In this document: piece after piece, positions 39,248 through 49,950 of the stretch
How the letters are laid out: each line of letters opens with the position of its first letter
Position numbering within the stretch: the stretch's first letter is position 1
DNA from: Nitrospinaceae bacterium
Lineage (GTDB): Bacteria; Nitrospinota; Nitrospinia; Nitrospinales; Nitrospinaceae
Reading direction: 5' to 3'
Length of the DNA stretch: 64,000 nucleotides
Assembly: GCA_965223665.1 (NCBI GenBank)
Contig: OZ245011.1
Span: 576,001-640,000 of the forward strand
Translations under genes and position numbers: made by a program
The notes under the pieces: model-generated
The model's database searches: none
The model's input: only the letters and a program-made list of their open reading frames with translations
What the model was told of the DNA's origin: nothing

Positions 39248-41500
39248 TTAAAAGGTTCTATGGATAAAAGACTCTCCTCGAGCCCCATTCAAATTACCCA
39301 GTCCGCGAAGTTGAATGCTAAATAATACTTTGGTTTCAGTTGTGTTGACGGTTCCATTTATATTTCTCCTGTTGATGAAGTCTACGGTAAACCCCCAGCA
39401 CTCGCAAAAATTATTAAAGGTTAAGCGAGCATTATGCTCCAGAAATCTCTCGTTGAATTCATCATAACGTGCACTATATTTGAAATTCCACCCATGAGGA
39501 AAATTAAGATCGATGGTTCCAAGCATGCTTGCCAATTGATTATGGATATGTCTTCTTTCAAATATAAACATCATCCATTTATTAGGTCGAATGCCAATAT
39601 CAAAATTAAAAGTCTCCACCACTCCATCGTAAAAATTAAAGGTAGAGTCAAAGTTGAACATAAAATATTTAAGGAATCGACTGTCAAAGTCAAACCTTAA
39701 ATTTGAAAAAGGACGGCGGGGTGTAAGAGGGGTTTCCATTCGCGAGGCTTCCAAAAAATCATAACTTTGGCTAATTTCAAAACGAGCAATTTGTTGGACC
39801 TCCGAGGTCCCAGAATTTTTTGTGACTTTTTGAAGCAAGCGTTGAGTTATAAAATATGTTACACGGTTTGTTTCTCCAAAAGTGTCAACAGCATCGATTA
39901 CTCGAATTCGATTTATATCATCACCATCCATGTCAGGAATAAAATCATATTGAATTCTTGGTTCAATAACATGTTTGAATTGATAACCTGTATTTTTTAT
40001 AGAAAATATTCTGTTGAACTTGGGTCCTTCTAAAATAGCCGCTAAATCAAAAAGCTCCCGGACAAAACTTCCTCCTTCTGATTTCATTTTGGTGATGTCA
40101 TTAAAATTCACTTCTTTGTTGTAATATGTACCTCTAAATCCAAAACGAGTTGTGAACTGCATCCAGGGAGCGATATTGAAGGGCAGGGCGATTTGCGGAT
40201 GAAAATCTATTCTATGAATTGTGTCTAACTCATCGTTACCGGAGTCTGCGTCTAAATCTATGAGAAATTGATTATAGCTTGTGTCTTGATTGAAATAGAT
40301 TCCCAAGTTACCTAATTCTAAAGGTTGGGTTTTAAAAGTTGCTCCCGGGAGAATTCCATAAGTATCATCTCTACTCTCCTCTTCACTTTCCCGAAAGCGA
40401 GCCAAGACGTCAAATGAGTGGTTATCTCTTTTTCCAAACAGGGAAAGAAAAGAATCGGAACTTCGTCTTGTTCGATTTTCTGTGGCGTTTCTAAAAGTTT
40501 TATTGAAATTTGCTTTTGAGGTTTGATCTAGTTTTGCATTTAGTTGAAATCCTTTTGAAAGTTTTTGGTTATGAACTCCATCTACTTTCCAAAATAATTC
40601 CCCGGTGCGATTATCATCTAAAATAACACCATTAAATTGCCCTTTTGTTGTTTTGCTAGGGATATAACGATATTCTAAGGATCCTCGGACTCCTCGTTCG
40701 GTCATAACATCCGCTCCGATGGTCGCATCTGACCATTGGTTTATTGCCCAGTAAAAGCGATTTCCTATTAAAAAGCCATCCAAATTCCCAACGCCAATTT
40801 TTGGGGTAAGAAATCCTGATTTTCTTTTTGTCGAAATAGGGACATAACCAATAGGTAAATATAATATGGGTATATCCCTAACTTTTAAAACTCCACCTTT
40901 AAATAAAGCACGGTCTTCTAATTTGATATCTGCTTCATCCACTTCAATGATCCAATCAGGCAACTTTCCTGTACAAGTGGTTAAAGTTGCTTTTTCGGTT
41001 TGATAATGATCTTTGGATAATTTATTAAACTTTTCTCCGGTTACATTGTAAAGATTTGCAAGTTTTCCTTTTACGTTAAACAACTGACCTTTTTGCGATT
41101 TCATATTGAAGTTGGCTTGTTTTGCTTTTAAAACAGAACCATCTTCATCCGTCATGATTACTTTTCCCTTAGCCTGTCCCTTACCGGTTTCTGTATTTAA
41201 AATCATCTCCTGAGCTTTGACAGTTCTTTTTCCATAACGTACAAACACACGACCTTTTGCTTTTACCAGGTTTTTTTTTGCTAAATGAATCATGTGGTCC
41301 GCTGAAATGTGGACAGGCAAGTCCTTTTGAGAAGAAGTCGATTTTGTTGAATTCTTTGAAGGTGGTTTTGGAGAGGAATTTTCTTTCTGAAGAGGAGATT
41401 TATAACTCTCAGCGAAAGCGAAAGAACAAAAACTAAAACCAATAAAGACCCCAAGTGTTGCGCAACAAAGAAAATAGGTTTTTAAATGTTTAATTTTCAA
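39248..41500 (-). CDS. lptD: LPS-assembly protein LptD
   Basis: OstA-like N-domain, TTC...PDW, P...KRKSGFLTP, HVIEPRIQY, ECWG, C-terminal beta-strand; TTG 41500 with AGGA RBS overlaps the folC end. Confidence 0.88.
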   Translation of the reverse strand: MKIKHLKTYFLCCATLGVFIGFSFCSFAFAESYKSPLQKENSSPKPPSKNSTKSTSSQKDLPVHISADHMIHLAKKNLVKAKGRVFVRYGKRTVKAQEMILNTETGKGQAKGKVIMTDEDGSVLKAKQANFNMKSQKGQLFNVKGKLANLYNVTGEKFNKLSKDHYQTEKATLTTCTGKLPDWIIEVDEADIKLEDRALFKGGVLKVRDIPILYLPIGYVPISTKRKSGFLTPKIGVGNLDGFLIGNRFYWAINQWSDATIGADVMTERGVRGSLEYRYIPSKTTKGQFNGVILDDNRTGELFWKVDGVHNQKLSKGFQLNAKLDQTSKANFNKTFRNATENRTRRSSDSFLSLFGKRDNHSFDVLARFRESEEESRDDTYGILPGATFKTQPLELGNLGIYFNQDTSYNQFLIDLDADSGNDELDTIHRIDFHPQIALPFNIAPWMQFTTRFGFRGTYYNKEVNFNDITKMKSEGGSFVRELFDLAAILEGPKFNRIFSIKNTGYQFKHVIEPRIQYDFIPDMDGDDINRIRVIDAVDTFGETNRVTYFITQRLLQKVTKNSGTSEVQQIARFEISQSYDFLEASRMETPLTPRRPFSNLRFDFDSRFLKYFMFNFDSTFNFYDGVVETFNFDIGIRPNKWMMFIFERRHIHNQLASMLGTIDLNFPHGWNFKYSARYDEFNERFLEHNARLTFNNFCECWGFTVDFINRRNINGTVNTTETKVLFSIQLRGLGNLNGARGESFIHRTF

Positions 41501-42767
41501 GAATTTTCCTAGCTTCTGCGATAGTAAATATCGAACCAGTAATACAAATCCAACTATTCTCTTTGCACAATTCAAGGGCAGCCTTAATTGCTTTCGGCAT
41601 TTCTTCTATTATTTCAAAAGGTTTGCCCTTGCGGATTATAATATCCCTAATGTCCTCAGGAGAAACACTTCTTTCATTTTTTGGTTTGGTTAATATGTAA
41701 TAATCGGCTATATCTGAAATAAAATCAATCATTTCAGTATGTGGTTTATCCTTCATAACCCCAAAAATAACTATTCCGGGCTGATTTGGGAATAATTCGT
41801 TAATGGTTTTCGCTAAATTTTCACAGCCTTTTAGATTATGGGCACAATCTAAAATAACTTTCGGATTTTCTTGAATGATTTCAAGGCGCCCAGGCCAAAG
41901 AGTTTGAAATATTCCCTTTTGAATGCATTCTTCCGAGATGAATTTTTTATTTTTGGAAAGGGCTAAACAAGCAGCTATAGCTGTGCTGGCATTATTTGCT
42001 TGAAATTTTCCGATCAATCGAGAGTTGAGTTTATTAAATTCAAAGTTGAATCCGGAAAAATTAAAATTTAGGACCTCAGAATTCTGAAAATTAACTTTTG
42101 AAAAAAAATCTTTTCCTAAGCTAAAAACAGGAGATTGACTTAATTTGGCTTGTTTGCTTACCACTTCAAGTAAACTGGATTGGGAAAAACCGGTGATAAC
42201 CGTGCACGAGTTTTTAATTATTGAAGCTTTTTCAAAGGCAATATCAGTTAGTTTTGATCCAAGACTTGATTCGTGATCGCGAGAAATATTTGTTATAACG
42301 CAAACTTCTCCTTGGCATAAATTTGTGGCGTCCAATCGTCCTCCCATGCCGACCTCAATTACATTGAAGTCTGTCTGGCTTTCAAAAAAATAGAGGAAAG
42401 CAAGGATGGCACTAAATTCAAAGTAAGTTGGTTTGATTTTAAGAATTGATGAAGCTTTTTGAATCCTAAGAGTTAAATTAATTAAATTCTCCTCTGAAAT
42501 CAGTTCCCCATTTATTTGAAGCCTTTCTCTAAAATCATTAAGGTGAGGAGAAGTGAATAATCCAATGCGATAACCTGCGGCTTTTAAAATTGATGCTGCA
42601 AAAGAAGCGGTTGAACCTTTACCGTTAGTTCCTGCGATATGGATCGTACGTATTTTCAGTTGAGGATTATCAAAATGAATTAAAAGTCGCCGGGTATTTT
42701 CCAAGCCTAATTTAATACCACGGTTTGCAAGCGAAAAAATATAATCTATTGTTTCTTGGTAGTTCAT
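41490..42767 (-). CDS. folC: Bifunctional folylpolyglutamate/dihydrofolate synthase
   Basis: HIAGTNGKGST, FTSPHL, EVGMGGRLDATN, WPGRLE, DCAHN. Confidence 0.95.
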   Translation of the reverse strand: MNYQETIDYIFSLANRGIKLGLENTRRLLIHFDNPQLKIRTIHIAGTNGKGSTASFAASILKAAGYRIGLFTSPHLNDFRERLQINGELISEENLINLTLRIQKASSILKIKPTYFEFSAILAFLYFFESQTDFNVIEVGMGGRLDATNLCQGEVCVITNISRDHESSLGSKLTDIAFEKASIIKNSCTVITGFSQSSLLEVVSKQAKLSQSPVFSLGKDFFSKVNFQNSEVLNFNFSGFNFEFNKLNSRLIGKFQANNASTAIAACLALSKNKKFISEECIQKGIFQTLWPGRLEIIQENPKVILDCAHNLKGCENLAKTINELFPNQPGIVIFGVMKDKPHTEMIDFISDIADYYILTKPKNERSVSPEDIRDIIIRKGKPFEIIEEMPKAIKAALELCKENSWICITGSIFTIAEARKILEN

Positions 42768-42914
42768 TTATTGATCGCTGGAAATAAGTGGTTTAATTGG
42801 ATTGGTAAAGAATGTAAAGTAAGAAATGAATTTAATTGATTTTATTTAACAATATTAATTAAAAAACCATAAAATATAGCAAGATTACTATTAAAAATTC
42901 AATATTACTATTTT

Positions 42915-43433
42915 ATGAGCATTAAAAAACCTGAACAGAGAATTCCACTCTTTCGAATAGGAAGAATTAACGAAATTAATAAAACACTTCCAGAAGGGTT
43001 GATCCTCATTACTAGTTACCCGGTGGATCCTAAATCCAATCTACCTAAGGATAGTTATGCATTAAAAATTGAAGACTCTTCAATGGAGCCTTTATTAAAA
43101 CCAGGAAGCGTTGCTGTATTTTCAAAATCAGAAACTAATATTAATGCTTTTGAAAAAGTTTATTTGTTGGGTTTCCGTGACCAATTGCCCAAGATCAGAA
43201 AAATTGTAAAGGAAGATATACATAATTCTGAAAATAAAATTAAGGAAATGAACTCTAAAAGAAAAAGTTTCATGACTCCCACACCGTTACATATTCCTAA
43301 AAGTTATGTGTCTCCTATTCCTGATTCATCCCACCAAATGTTTTTTTTGAAAGGGTTAAAAGAGGGGGCATCTCTTGAGATTTTTTCATTAAAAGACATA
43401 CTCTGGAAACATCCTTTGATTTGTGTTTATTAG
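42915..43433 (+). CDS. S24 (LexA/UmuD/CI C-terminal)-like peptidase-domain protein without HTH
   Basis: RIPL near N-terminus and YALKIEDSSMEPLLKPGSV motif. Confidence 0.6.
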   Translation: MSIKKPEQRIPLFRIGRINEINKTLPEGLILITSYPVDPKSNLPKDSYALKIEDSSMEPLLKPGSVAVFSKSETNINAFEKVYLLGFRDQLPKIRKIVKEDIHNSENKIKEMNSKRKSFMTPTPLHIPKSYVSPIPDSSHQMFFLKGLKEGASLEIFSLKDILWKHPLICVY

Positions 43434-43448
43434 GAATTTTTTTGATAA

Positions 43449-44087
43449 TTAATTAAAAATTAATTTAATTAGTTTTCTGAAGGAATTTATACCCTTTTCT
43501 CTCCAGTCCATATTTGCAAACAAAGGATCATTAAGGGCGATAACTTCAATTAACTTAAGATACTTATTATTTTTGACAAACTTCCGAATATTGTCAGGTT
43601 CAAATACTGAGATTTTTGTAAAATTATCCTCTGTCCATTCCCATTCCCAGAGGTTTTCATTTTTAGCAAGGTGAATTTTAGAAAATTCCTGGTCGTTCTG
43701 ATTTTTTATAATTTTCTCCGTGTATTCTCCCAGCCGATCCCCTTTAAGGATTAGAGAAAATCCCAGATAATGTCCCCACCAAAATAATGTCCTGTAAGTA
43801 AAGAATTCTGTTTTGGAAAACTTTTGAGGGAGGTCCAAAGAAATAAAGGGAAATCCTTTATGGTTTTCCCCTCGAGCAATTTGACCTTTTACTAGATCAG
43901 TTTCTGGTGGGTAACGTTTAGGATTGATTTTCAATTCCTCTATTAAAGCTTTACGGAGAGCTTCGAGTTTTGATTCGGCTTTTTTCATGATTGTGGGTTT
44001 ATGTTTAAATAAATCCACTTCGTTAATTAGTTCAAATTCCTTTTCGGAAAAATTTTCATTTGGATCCATAAAATTTATTGGTTTCAA
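43449..44087 (-). CDS. Conserved hypothetical protein
   Basis: 212-codon ORF with IARGENHKGFPF.LD.P...RTLFWWGH. Confidence 0.7.
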   Translation of the reverse strand: MKPINFMDPNENFSEKEFELINEVDLFKHKPTIMKKAESKLEALRKALIEELKINPKRYPPETDLVKGQIARGENHKGFPFISLDLPQKFSKTEFFTYRTLFWWGHYLGFSLILKGDRLGEYTEKIIKNQNDQEFSKIHLAKNENLWEWEWTEDNFTKISVFEPDNIRKFVKNNKYLKLIEVIALNDPLFANMDWREKGINSFRKLIKLIFN

Positions 44088-44099
44088 AAATGGATAGGA

Positions 44100-44495
44100 T
44101 TATTGCTTTTTAGAGCGAATTTCTTTTTTTTGCCGATTTAAAATATATCGATGTATAACATTTCCTATTTCTTCAGACAAATCAATAAATGTACAATGGC
44201 ATATTATTCTTCTATCTATGGAAATAATTTTCGCCTTTGCCTCAATGACATGGGGGTAGTTTGGTAGTTTCAATAAAATAGGATAAATTATTTTGGATTT
44301 AAATGATTTCCCATTAAAAGAAAATCCAGTAGAACTTATTTCAATTGGAATTATTTTTTTATTTCCGATTTTAATAAATACCGGGTCACGGGGATCTGGG
44401 GAAATCCGAAAGGCATTTCGTGAGTCAAAAGGTGTGTTTATTAATCTAGAAGGACTCAGGTCTTGTTTATTTTTCTTTTTCCAAAACAAATTCAA
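44100..44495 (-). CDS. PilZ-domain protein
   Basis: SRNAFRI (RxxxR), EISSTG, C-terminal IHRYILNRQK. Confidence 0.7.
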   Translation of the reverse strand: MNLFWKKKNKQDLSPSRLINTPFDSRNAFRISPDPRDPVFIKIGNKKIIPIEISSTGFSFNGKSFKSKIIYPILLKLPNYPHVIEAKAKIISIDRRIICHCTFIDLSEEIGNVIHRYILNRQKKEIRSKKQ

Positions 44496-45966
44496 CCCTC
44501 CTATTGGTTGCTTGGCCTAATTCTGTAGAATTCGACGCTACAGGAAAAATATCTGCATATCCAGTGGCCGTTACTCGCTTTGGATTAATATTTTTATCAA
44601 TAAAATAGCGCAATACGGCCGTTGCTCTTGCGGCTGATAATTCCCAATTGGATGGAAATTTATCCGTTGAAATTGGCGAATCATCAGTATGCCCTTGAAT
44701 ATTTATTTTGTACTTTGGATATTTACTAATTATTCTAATTAATTCATCTAAAACCGGTCGACTTGATTTGATTTGTAGATCCGCACTACCAGGTTTAAAT
44801 AATGTTTGTCCGGGAACGGTTATGATAATTTTTGAACTGTCGGTAGAAACATCCATAACTGAGTTCAATGTTTCATCTTCTGCAACATGCTTTACTTCTG
44901 ATAGGATATCGTTGGTTTTAAGACCAGTTAATGCATCAATAGAATCTTTAGACTCCACAGCATCTAATAGCTCTAACAAGCCAATGCTAGCTTGATGTTG
45001 ACCTAAAATTGCCTCCTTGAATTTATTCATATTAATGGAGGCTAAAGAATAGTAAAGAACGAAAAATGTTAGAAGTAATGTTGTCATATCAGCATAGGTA
45101 GTAATCCAAGCATTGCTGGTTTTATCCTCCTGAATTTCTTCAATTGAGTCGATTACTTTTTCCCGTTTTTTATTAACTTTATTTTTTTTCCGCTTAAAGG
45201 ACTCTTTAACACTTCTTATTTCATGAGAAAGAGTGGCTTCAAATTGTCTTTTTTGTAGATTAAGTTCCTTTTCTAATTCGTCTTTCTCTTCTTTAACCTT
45301 GTTCAGTTCCTGGCGGATATTACCAACAATTTCCCCCGAAAATTCCAGGTCAGATTCGTTCTCTACGCTTTCCTGAATTAGCTTTTCATAGGACTCAATT
45401 AAGGCATCTTTCTCATTTAGTATTTCTTTAAATCGCCCTTGGAATTCTTCTGACGCGGTGTCTATGTATTTAGCTTGCTCTTTAATTTGATCAATAGGTG
45501 CCGATTCGTTACGGTATTTTTTTAACTCCTCTTCTAATAAACTTCTTTCCTGAATGAGTTTTTCTTTTTCAACTCTTTCAATGTTGATTTTTTTTATGAG
45601 CCGTCCATTCTTTTTTTTAAACTCTATCAATAACTCTTTAATCTGTTTTTTTAATTTGGATTCCTTATCTTTAACCGTAATCTCGTCTTTGACTTCTGAT
45701 TTGGGTTGAGTTTTTAGAGATATCGGCTCATTTGTTAAATTTCCAGGTTGGGAAAAATTTGTTCTTCTTAAAGATTTTTGATAGCGAATTTGCTCTTCTT
45801 TTTCTTCCAGGCGTTGTTGCATTTCGCTAATTTTTTTTCCAGAAACAGTCATCAAATGCTTTATTTTTGATTCTTGTTTGGCTCGATCAGCGTCCAATTT
45901 TTTTAATTCGACATTCTTACGTCTCAATTGTTCTTTTAATTGTTCTAGGCTTTGTCTGGTAGGCAT
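44467..45966 (-). CDS. motB: MotB-family stator protein with ~285-aa N-terminal coiled coil
   Basis: WITTYADMTTLLLTFFV (conserved Asp) at residue 287; OmpA-like GHTDD...SNWELSAARA...NRRVE. Confidence 0.85.
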   Translation of the reverse strand: MPTRQSLEQLKEQLRRKNVELKKLDADRAKQESKIKHLMTVSGKKISEMQQRLEEKEEQIRYQKSLRRTNFSQPGNLTNEPISLKTQPKSEVKDEITVKDKESKLKKQIKELLIEFKKKNGRLIKKINIERVEKEKLIQERSLLEEELKKYRNESAPIDQIKEQAKYIDTASEEFQGRFKEILNEKDALIESYEKLIQESVENESDLEFSGEIVGNIRQELNKVKEEKDELEKELNLQKRQFEATLSHEIRSVKESFKRKKNKVNKKREKVIDSIEEIQEDKTSNAWITTYADMTTLLLTFFVLYYSLASINMNKFKEAILGQHQASIGLLELLDAVESKDSIDALTGLKTNDILSEVKHVAEDETLNSVMDVSTDSSKIIITVPGQTLFKPGSADLQIKSSRPVLDELIRIISKYPKYKINIQGHTDDSPISTDKFPSNWELSAARATAVLRYFIDKNINPKRVTATGYADIFPVASNSTELGQATNRRVEFVLEKEK

Positions 45967-45982
45967 AATAATTAAAATGTTT

Positions 45983-46768
45983 CTATACTATTCCTGGAGT
46001 GTGTGGAATAAATGGTCTTCTAGGTCTTCTTTTTTTAGCAGGAATAAAAGAAGAAAGTTTTTCATAGACAAACAAAGGGTTATTGTCTTCCAGAATGGAT
46101 ATGGCTCCTTCAAAAATAATTTCTAAATTCAAAACTTCAACCAGGGTACGATCTTTTAATTTCCCCGCGATAGGTAAAAAGAATAGTGTGGATAACAACA
46201 TTCCATAAAACGTAGTCAAAAGGGCGACTGCCATAGAAGGCCCAATGGTCTCGGGATTTGATAAAAGCTGAAGCATTTGAACTAAACCAATTAGAGTTCC
46301 CATCATTCCAAAAGAAGGTGCATAAGAGGCCATTTTTCTGAAAATATCTTGAATAATAAAATGTCGCTGTTTCATTGATTCAATTTCTATATGCAGGGTA
46401 TCTCTTATAAGGTCTTCTGATGACCCATCTGCAATCAAATTGCACGCTTTTCTTAATAAATCATCTTCTATTTCCATTCGACTTAATGCTACCAGACCCT
46501 GTCTTCGACTTATGGTTGAAAGCTCAATCATAGTTTCGACCATATCATTAGGATCTAACTTCTTTTCTGAGAAAACGAAAATAGCAGCTTTAAATGCCGC
46601 AATTACATCTTTTAATTGGAAGGTAATTAAAGTTGCGGCGACTGTTCCTCCTAGAACAATCATAAGGCCAGGTAAATTAAAAAAATTGTCTAAATCCCCT
46701 CCAAGAAATATGGCTGAAATAATCAAAAATAGCCCTGATAAAACTCCGAATAAGGAAGCAGCGTCCAA
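45983..46768 (-). CDS. motA: MotA/PomA-family stator protein
   Basis: IVLGGT, SRRQGLVAL, APSFGMMGTLIGLVQML, MAVALLTTFYG. Confidence 0.9.
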   Translation of the reverse strand: MDAASLFGVLSGLFLIISAIFLGGDLDNFFNLPGLMIVLGGTVAATLITFQLKDVIAAFKAAIFVFSEKKLDPNDMVETMIELSTISRRQGLVALSRMEIEDDLLRKACNLIADGSSEDLIRDTLHIEIESMKQRHFIIQDIFRKMASYAPSFGMMGTLIGLVQMLQLLSNPETIGPSMAVALLTTFYGMLLSTLFFLPIAGKLKDRTLVEVLNLEIIFEGAISILEDNNPLFVYEKLSSFIPAKKRRPRRPFIPHTPGIV

Positions 46769-47012
46769 TTTATAAAAACCTATACATGTTGTTAAAAAAT
46801 TGTCTTTTGACTTGTTTTGGTCCTACAGGTTCACCAAAACAAATTATTTTAGGTGTACTTCTATTGTAGCTATAATTACTTGATTTTATTGAATGTTTTT
46901 TCTGCTGAATGAAAAAAACGAATCCCAATTATCCTTAACTTTGGGTTAAGCTGGCTAATTTCAAATATTTTTTAGGGAGGTTATTGAAAAAAAATATTCG
47001 GTTAAATAGAAA

Positions 47013-47897
47013 TCATCCCAAAATTAAAAGGGCTAGAGGAATAATGATTATTGAAGCTATGGTAGAAATTAGAATAGTGGAAGCCACCACTCTTGGATTG
47101 GCTTGATATTTTTGAGTGACTAAAAAATTTATAATTGCTGATGGCATGATGGCCACAAGGATGACGACCTTAAGAGCTAATCCTTCTAATTGAAAAACCC
47201 AAACACAAAATAATGCTGCAATTAATCCTCCAATCATTCGAAATGAAACAGCCAATAAGGATAAACGCATGTCCGTTATTTCTGCATGAGCGAGTTGCAT
47301 ACCTAATACCATTAAGACCATAGGTATGGTTGCTTGAGACAATAGATTAATGGGGTTGATAACGAAATCAGGTAACTCAATCCCGGTCCAACGAATTAAA
47401 AATGCCAAAATTAATACCCAAAAAACGGATTCTTTAAAAACTTGTCGGGCCCCTTTCCCGGCTCCTGAGACAATTACTAAACCTAATGTGAAAATTCCAA
47501 TAAACGTAGCAAAATAGAACATTAAGGCATATGGAATTGACTCAGTACCGTATGCCGCAATTAAAATAGGAAAAGGAAGATTTATGGTATTCATAAACAT
47601 TATGGGCAAGTAAATGCCTCTTTTTTCATTATTCTTTATAAAAAGCCAAGCGAGAACGCCTGGAAAAATAATTATTATTATTGCTGACAATAATACCGAT
47701 CCTACAACGAACCCATCTAAATTCATTTCATAAATATTTTTTAAAGCAAAGGCGGGGACCACAGTACTCATAGTCAATCGCGATAAACTTTTTATATCTC
47801 CCCCAACTTTGGATTGATAGAAATATCCAATTCCAATGATTAAAAAGGCGGGAGCCACGATCTGTATCACCTGGTAAATTTGAGGTAGCATCAACAA
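47013..47897 (-). CDS. AEC (auxin efflux carrier) family transporter
   Basis: ~10 TM; FMNTINLPFP, ATIPMVLMVLG, AIMPSA. Confidence 0.88.
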   Translation of the reverse strand: MLMLPQIYQVIQIVAPAFLIIGIGYFYQSKVGGDIKSLSRLTMSTVVPAFALKNIYEMNLDGFVVGSVLLSAIIIIIFPGVLAWLFIKNNEKRGIYLPIMFMNTINLPFPILIAAYGTESIPYALMFYFATFIGIFTLGLVIVSGAGKGARQVFKESVFWVLILAFLIRWTGIELPDFVINPINLLSQATIPMVLMVLGMQLAHAEITDMRLSLLAVSFRMIGGLIAALFCVWVFQLEGLALKVVILVAIMPSAIINFLVTQKYQANPRVVASTILISTIASIIIIPLALLILG

Positions 47898-47912
47898 CCT
47901 ATAAAAAGGAAT

Positions 47913-48881
47913 TCAATTTTCATAAAGATGGCAATGGACTATATGTCCTTCTTTCAATTGTATGGGTTTGGGTTCTACAGTTTTACAATGATCCATTACT
48001 TGAGGACAGCGCGGATGAAAGTGACAACCTTTAGGTGGATTTAAAGGCGAGGGGACATCTCCGGAAAGGATTTTTGCTTTTTGTTGATTTTCGGGATTAA
48101 TTGAGGGTTTAGCTGCTAAAAGAGCTTGAGTATAGGGGTGCGCGGCTTCTTCATTTAAAATTTTAGTTGGAGCTATTTCTACGATTTTTCCTAAATACAT
48201 TACAGCGGTTCTTTGAGAAAGGTATTTGACTACACTCAAATCATGAGAAATAAATAACATTGAAATATTATTTTCCTCTTTAAGCTGTTGAAGTAAGTTA
48301 ATTATTTGTGCTTGTATGGAAACATCTAAAGCCGATACAGGTTCGTCACAAACTATGTAACTAGGATTTAAAGCTAAGGCCCGGGCAATTCCAATTCTTT
48401 GACGTTGACCCCCAGAAAACTCATGAGGATAGCGTTTAGCATACTTTGAGGATAGTCCTACCTTTTCCATAATTTCATTTACTTTTTCTTTTATGGTATT
48501 GCGATTTCCTATCCCATGGATGTACATGGCTTCTCCAATTATTCTGTCCACTGTAAACCTTGGATTTAGAGAACTGTAGGGATCCTGGAAAATGATTTGC
48601 ATTTGTGGTCGAAGTTTATTCATTTCATTTTTACTAAGCCTAAAGATATCCTGACCATCAAAAAATACTCTTCCATCAGTCGGCTCAACAAGCCTTAGAG
48701 TCATTCTTCCGACAGTAGTTTTTCCACAACCCGACTCTCCAACCAGGCCCAATATTTCCCCCTTATTTATTTCTAAATTAACTCCATCGACCGCCTTTAC
48801 TTGACCGATTACTTTAGAAAAAATACCACCGAAAACCGGGAAATATTTTTTCAATCCTTCCATTTTTAAAAGAGAACTCAT
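47913..48881 (-). CDS. Oligopeptide/dipeptide ABC transporter ATP-binding protein (OppF/DppF type)
   Basis: [25 protein letters not shown], oligo_HPY C-terminus. Confidence 0.92.
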   Translation of the reverse strand: MSSLLKMEGLKKYFPVFGGIFSKVIGQVKAVDGVNLEINKGEILGLVGESGCGKTTVGRMTLRLVEPTDGRVFFDGQDIFRLSKNEMNKLRPQMQIIFQDPYSSLNPRFTVDRIIGEAMYIHGIGNRNTIKEKVNEIMEKVGLSSKYAKRYPHEFSGGQRQRIGIARALALNPSYIVCDEPVSALDVSIQAQIINLLQQLKEENNISMLFISHDLSVVKYLSQRTAVMYLGKIVEIAPTKILNEEAAHPYTQALLAAKPSINPENQQKAKILSGDVPSPLNPPKGCHFHPRCPQVMDHCKTVEPKPIQLKEGHIVHCHLYEN

Positions 48882-49861
48882 GAGAGTGCCTTTGATTGTT
48901 CGAATAACCAACATGCAACTTTGTGATCCAGATTAGAACCCTCAAAATTAGGCGGAATTTTTTCCGAACAGTGAGGCATGACCTCTGGGCATCTGGGATG
49001 GAAAGCGCAGCCATTGGGTAGATGTGCAGGGTTGGGAACTACTCCGGAAATAGATTCCAGAATTTTATTGGATTGGTCATTGGGTAACGACTTTAATAAT
49101 CCCTTTGTATAAGGATGAGAAGGATTTATGAATAAGGACTTTACAGGAGCTTCTTCAACAATTTTACCGGCATACATTACTGCGACTCGATTTGCATACT
49201 GAGCAACAATCCCCAAATTATGAGTTATCAGTAAAATTGACATATTATTTTCGTTTTTTAACTGATCCAACAATTCCAGAATTTGAGCTTGAATAGTTAC
49301 ATCTAAAGCTGTGGTAGGTTCATCGGCAATTAATAAGGAAGGATTACAAGCAATTCCCATGGCAATCATTACCCTTTGCTTCATTCCTCCTGACAATTCA
49401 TGAGGATATTGATGAATTCTGTTTTCTGGGCTAGGAATGGCAACTTTTTTTAAAAGAACTAATGCCAGTTGATATGCTTCTTTTTTGGTTTTGTTTTGAT
49501 GGAGCATTATAGCTTCAGAAATTTGATCTCCAATAGTAAAAATTGGGTTGAGTGAAGTCATGGGTTCTTGAAAAATCATACTGATTTCGTTTCCACGAAT
49601 TTGACGCATTTCTGGTTCAGTCAGGGAAAGTAAATTTTTCCCCTTATATAAAATTTCACCACTTGCAAAATAAGCGGGAGGAATCGGTAAAATCTGTAGA
49701 ATGCTTAAAGCGGTTACTGATTTACCACAACCTGATTCACCTACCAAAGCCAATGTTTCTCCAGGTTGAATATTTAAATCCAAATTTCGTACCGAACGGA
49801 CAACTCCTTCTTCAGTGTCGAAATGCGTACTAAGATTTTTTATTTGTAGAAGAGGGTTCAT
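48878..49861 (-). CDS. Oligopeptide/dipeptide ABC transporter ATP-binding protein (OppD/DppD type)
   Basis: [29 protein letters not shown]. Confidence 0.92.
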   Translation of the reverse strand: MNPLLQIKNLSTHFDTEEGVVRSVRNLDLNIQPGETLALVGESGCGKSVTALSILQILPIPPAYFASGEILYKGKNLLSLTEPEMRQIRGNEISMIFQEPMTSLNPIFTIGDQISEAIMLHQNKTKKEAYQLALVLLKKVAIPSPENRIHQYPHELSGGMKQRVMIAMGIACNPSLLIADEPTTALDVTIQAQILELLDQLKNENNMSILLITHNLGIVAQYANRVAVMYAGKIVEEAPVKSLFINPSHPYTKGLLKSLPNDQSNKILESISGVVPNPAHLPNGCAFHPRCPEVMPHCSEKIPPNFEGSNLDHKVACWLFEQSKALS

Positions 49862-49950
49862 CCCTTGCTCATTAGGATAAAAGCGGGTGTACGGTGGTGG
49901 GGAAACTTAAAATAAAAACTCTGAGAATCAATAGTTCTATTCATGAAATT

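Noticed and set aside
44467-46768. Zorya (ZorAB) defence system
   Set aside because: MotA is normal length with no ZorA tail, and zorC/D/E are absent; kept only as an analogy
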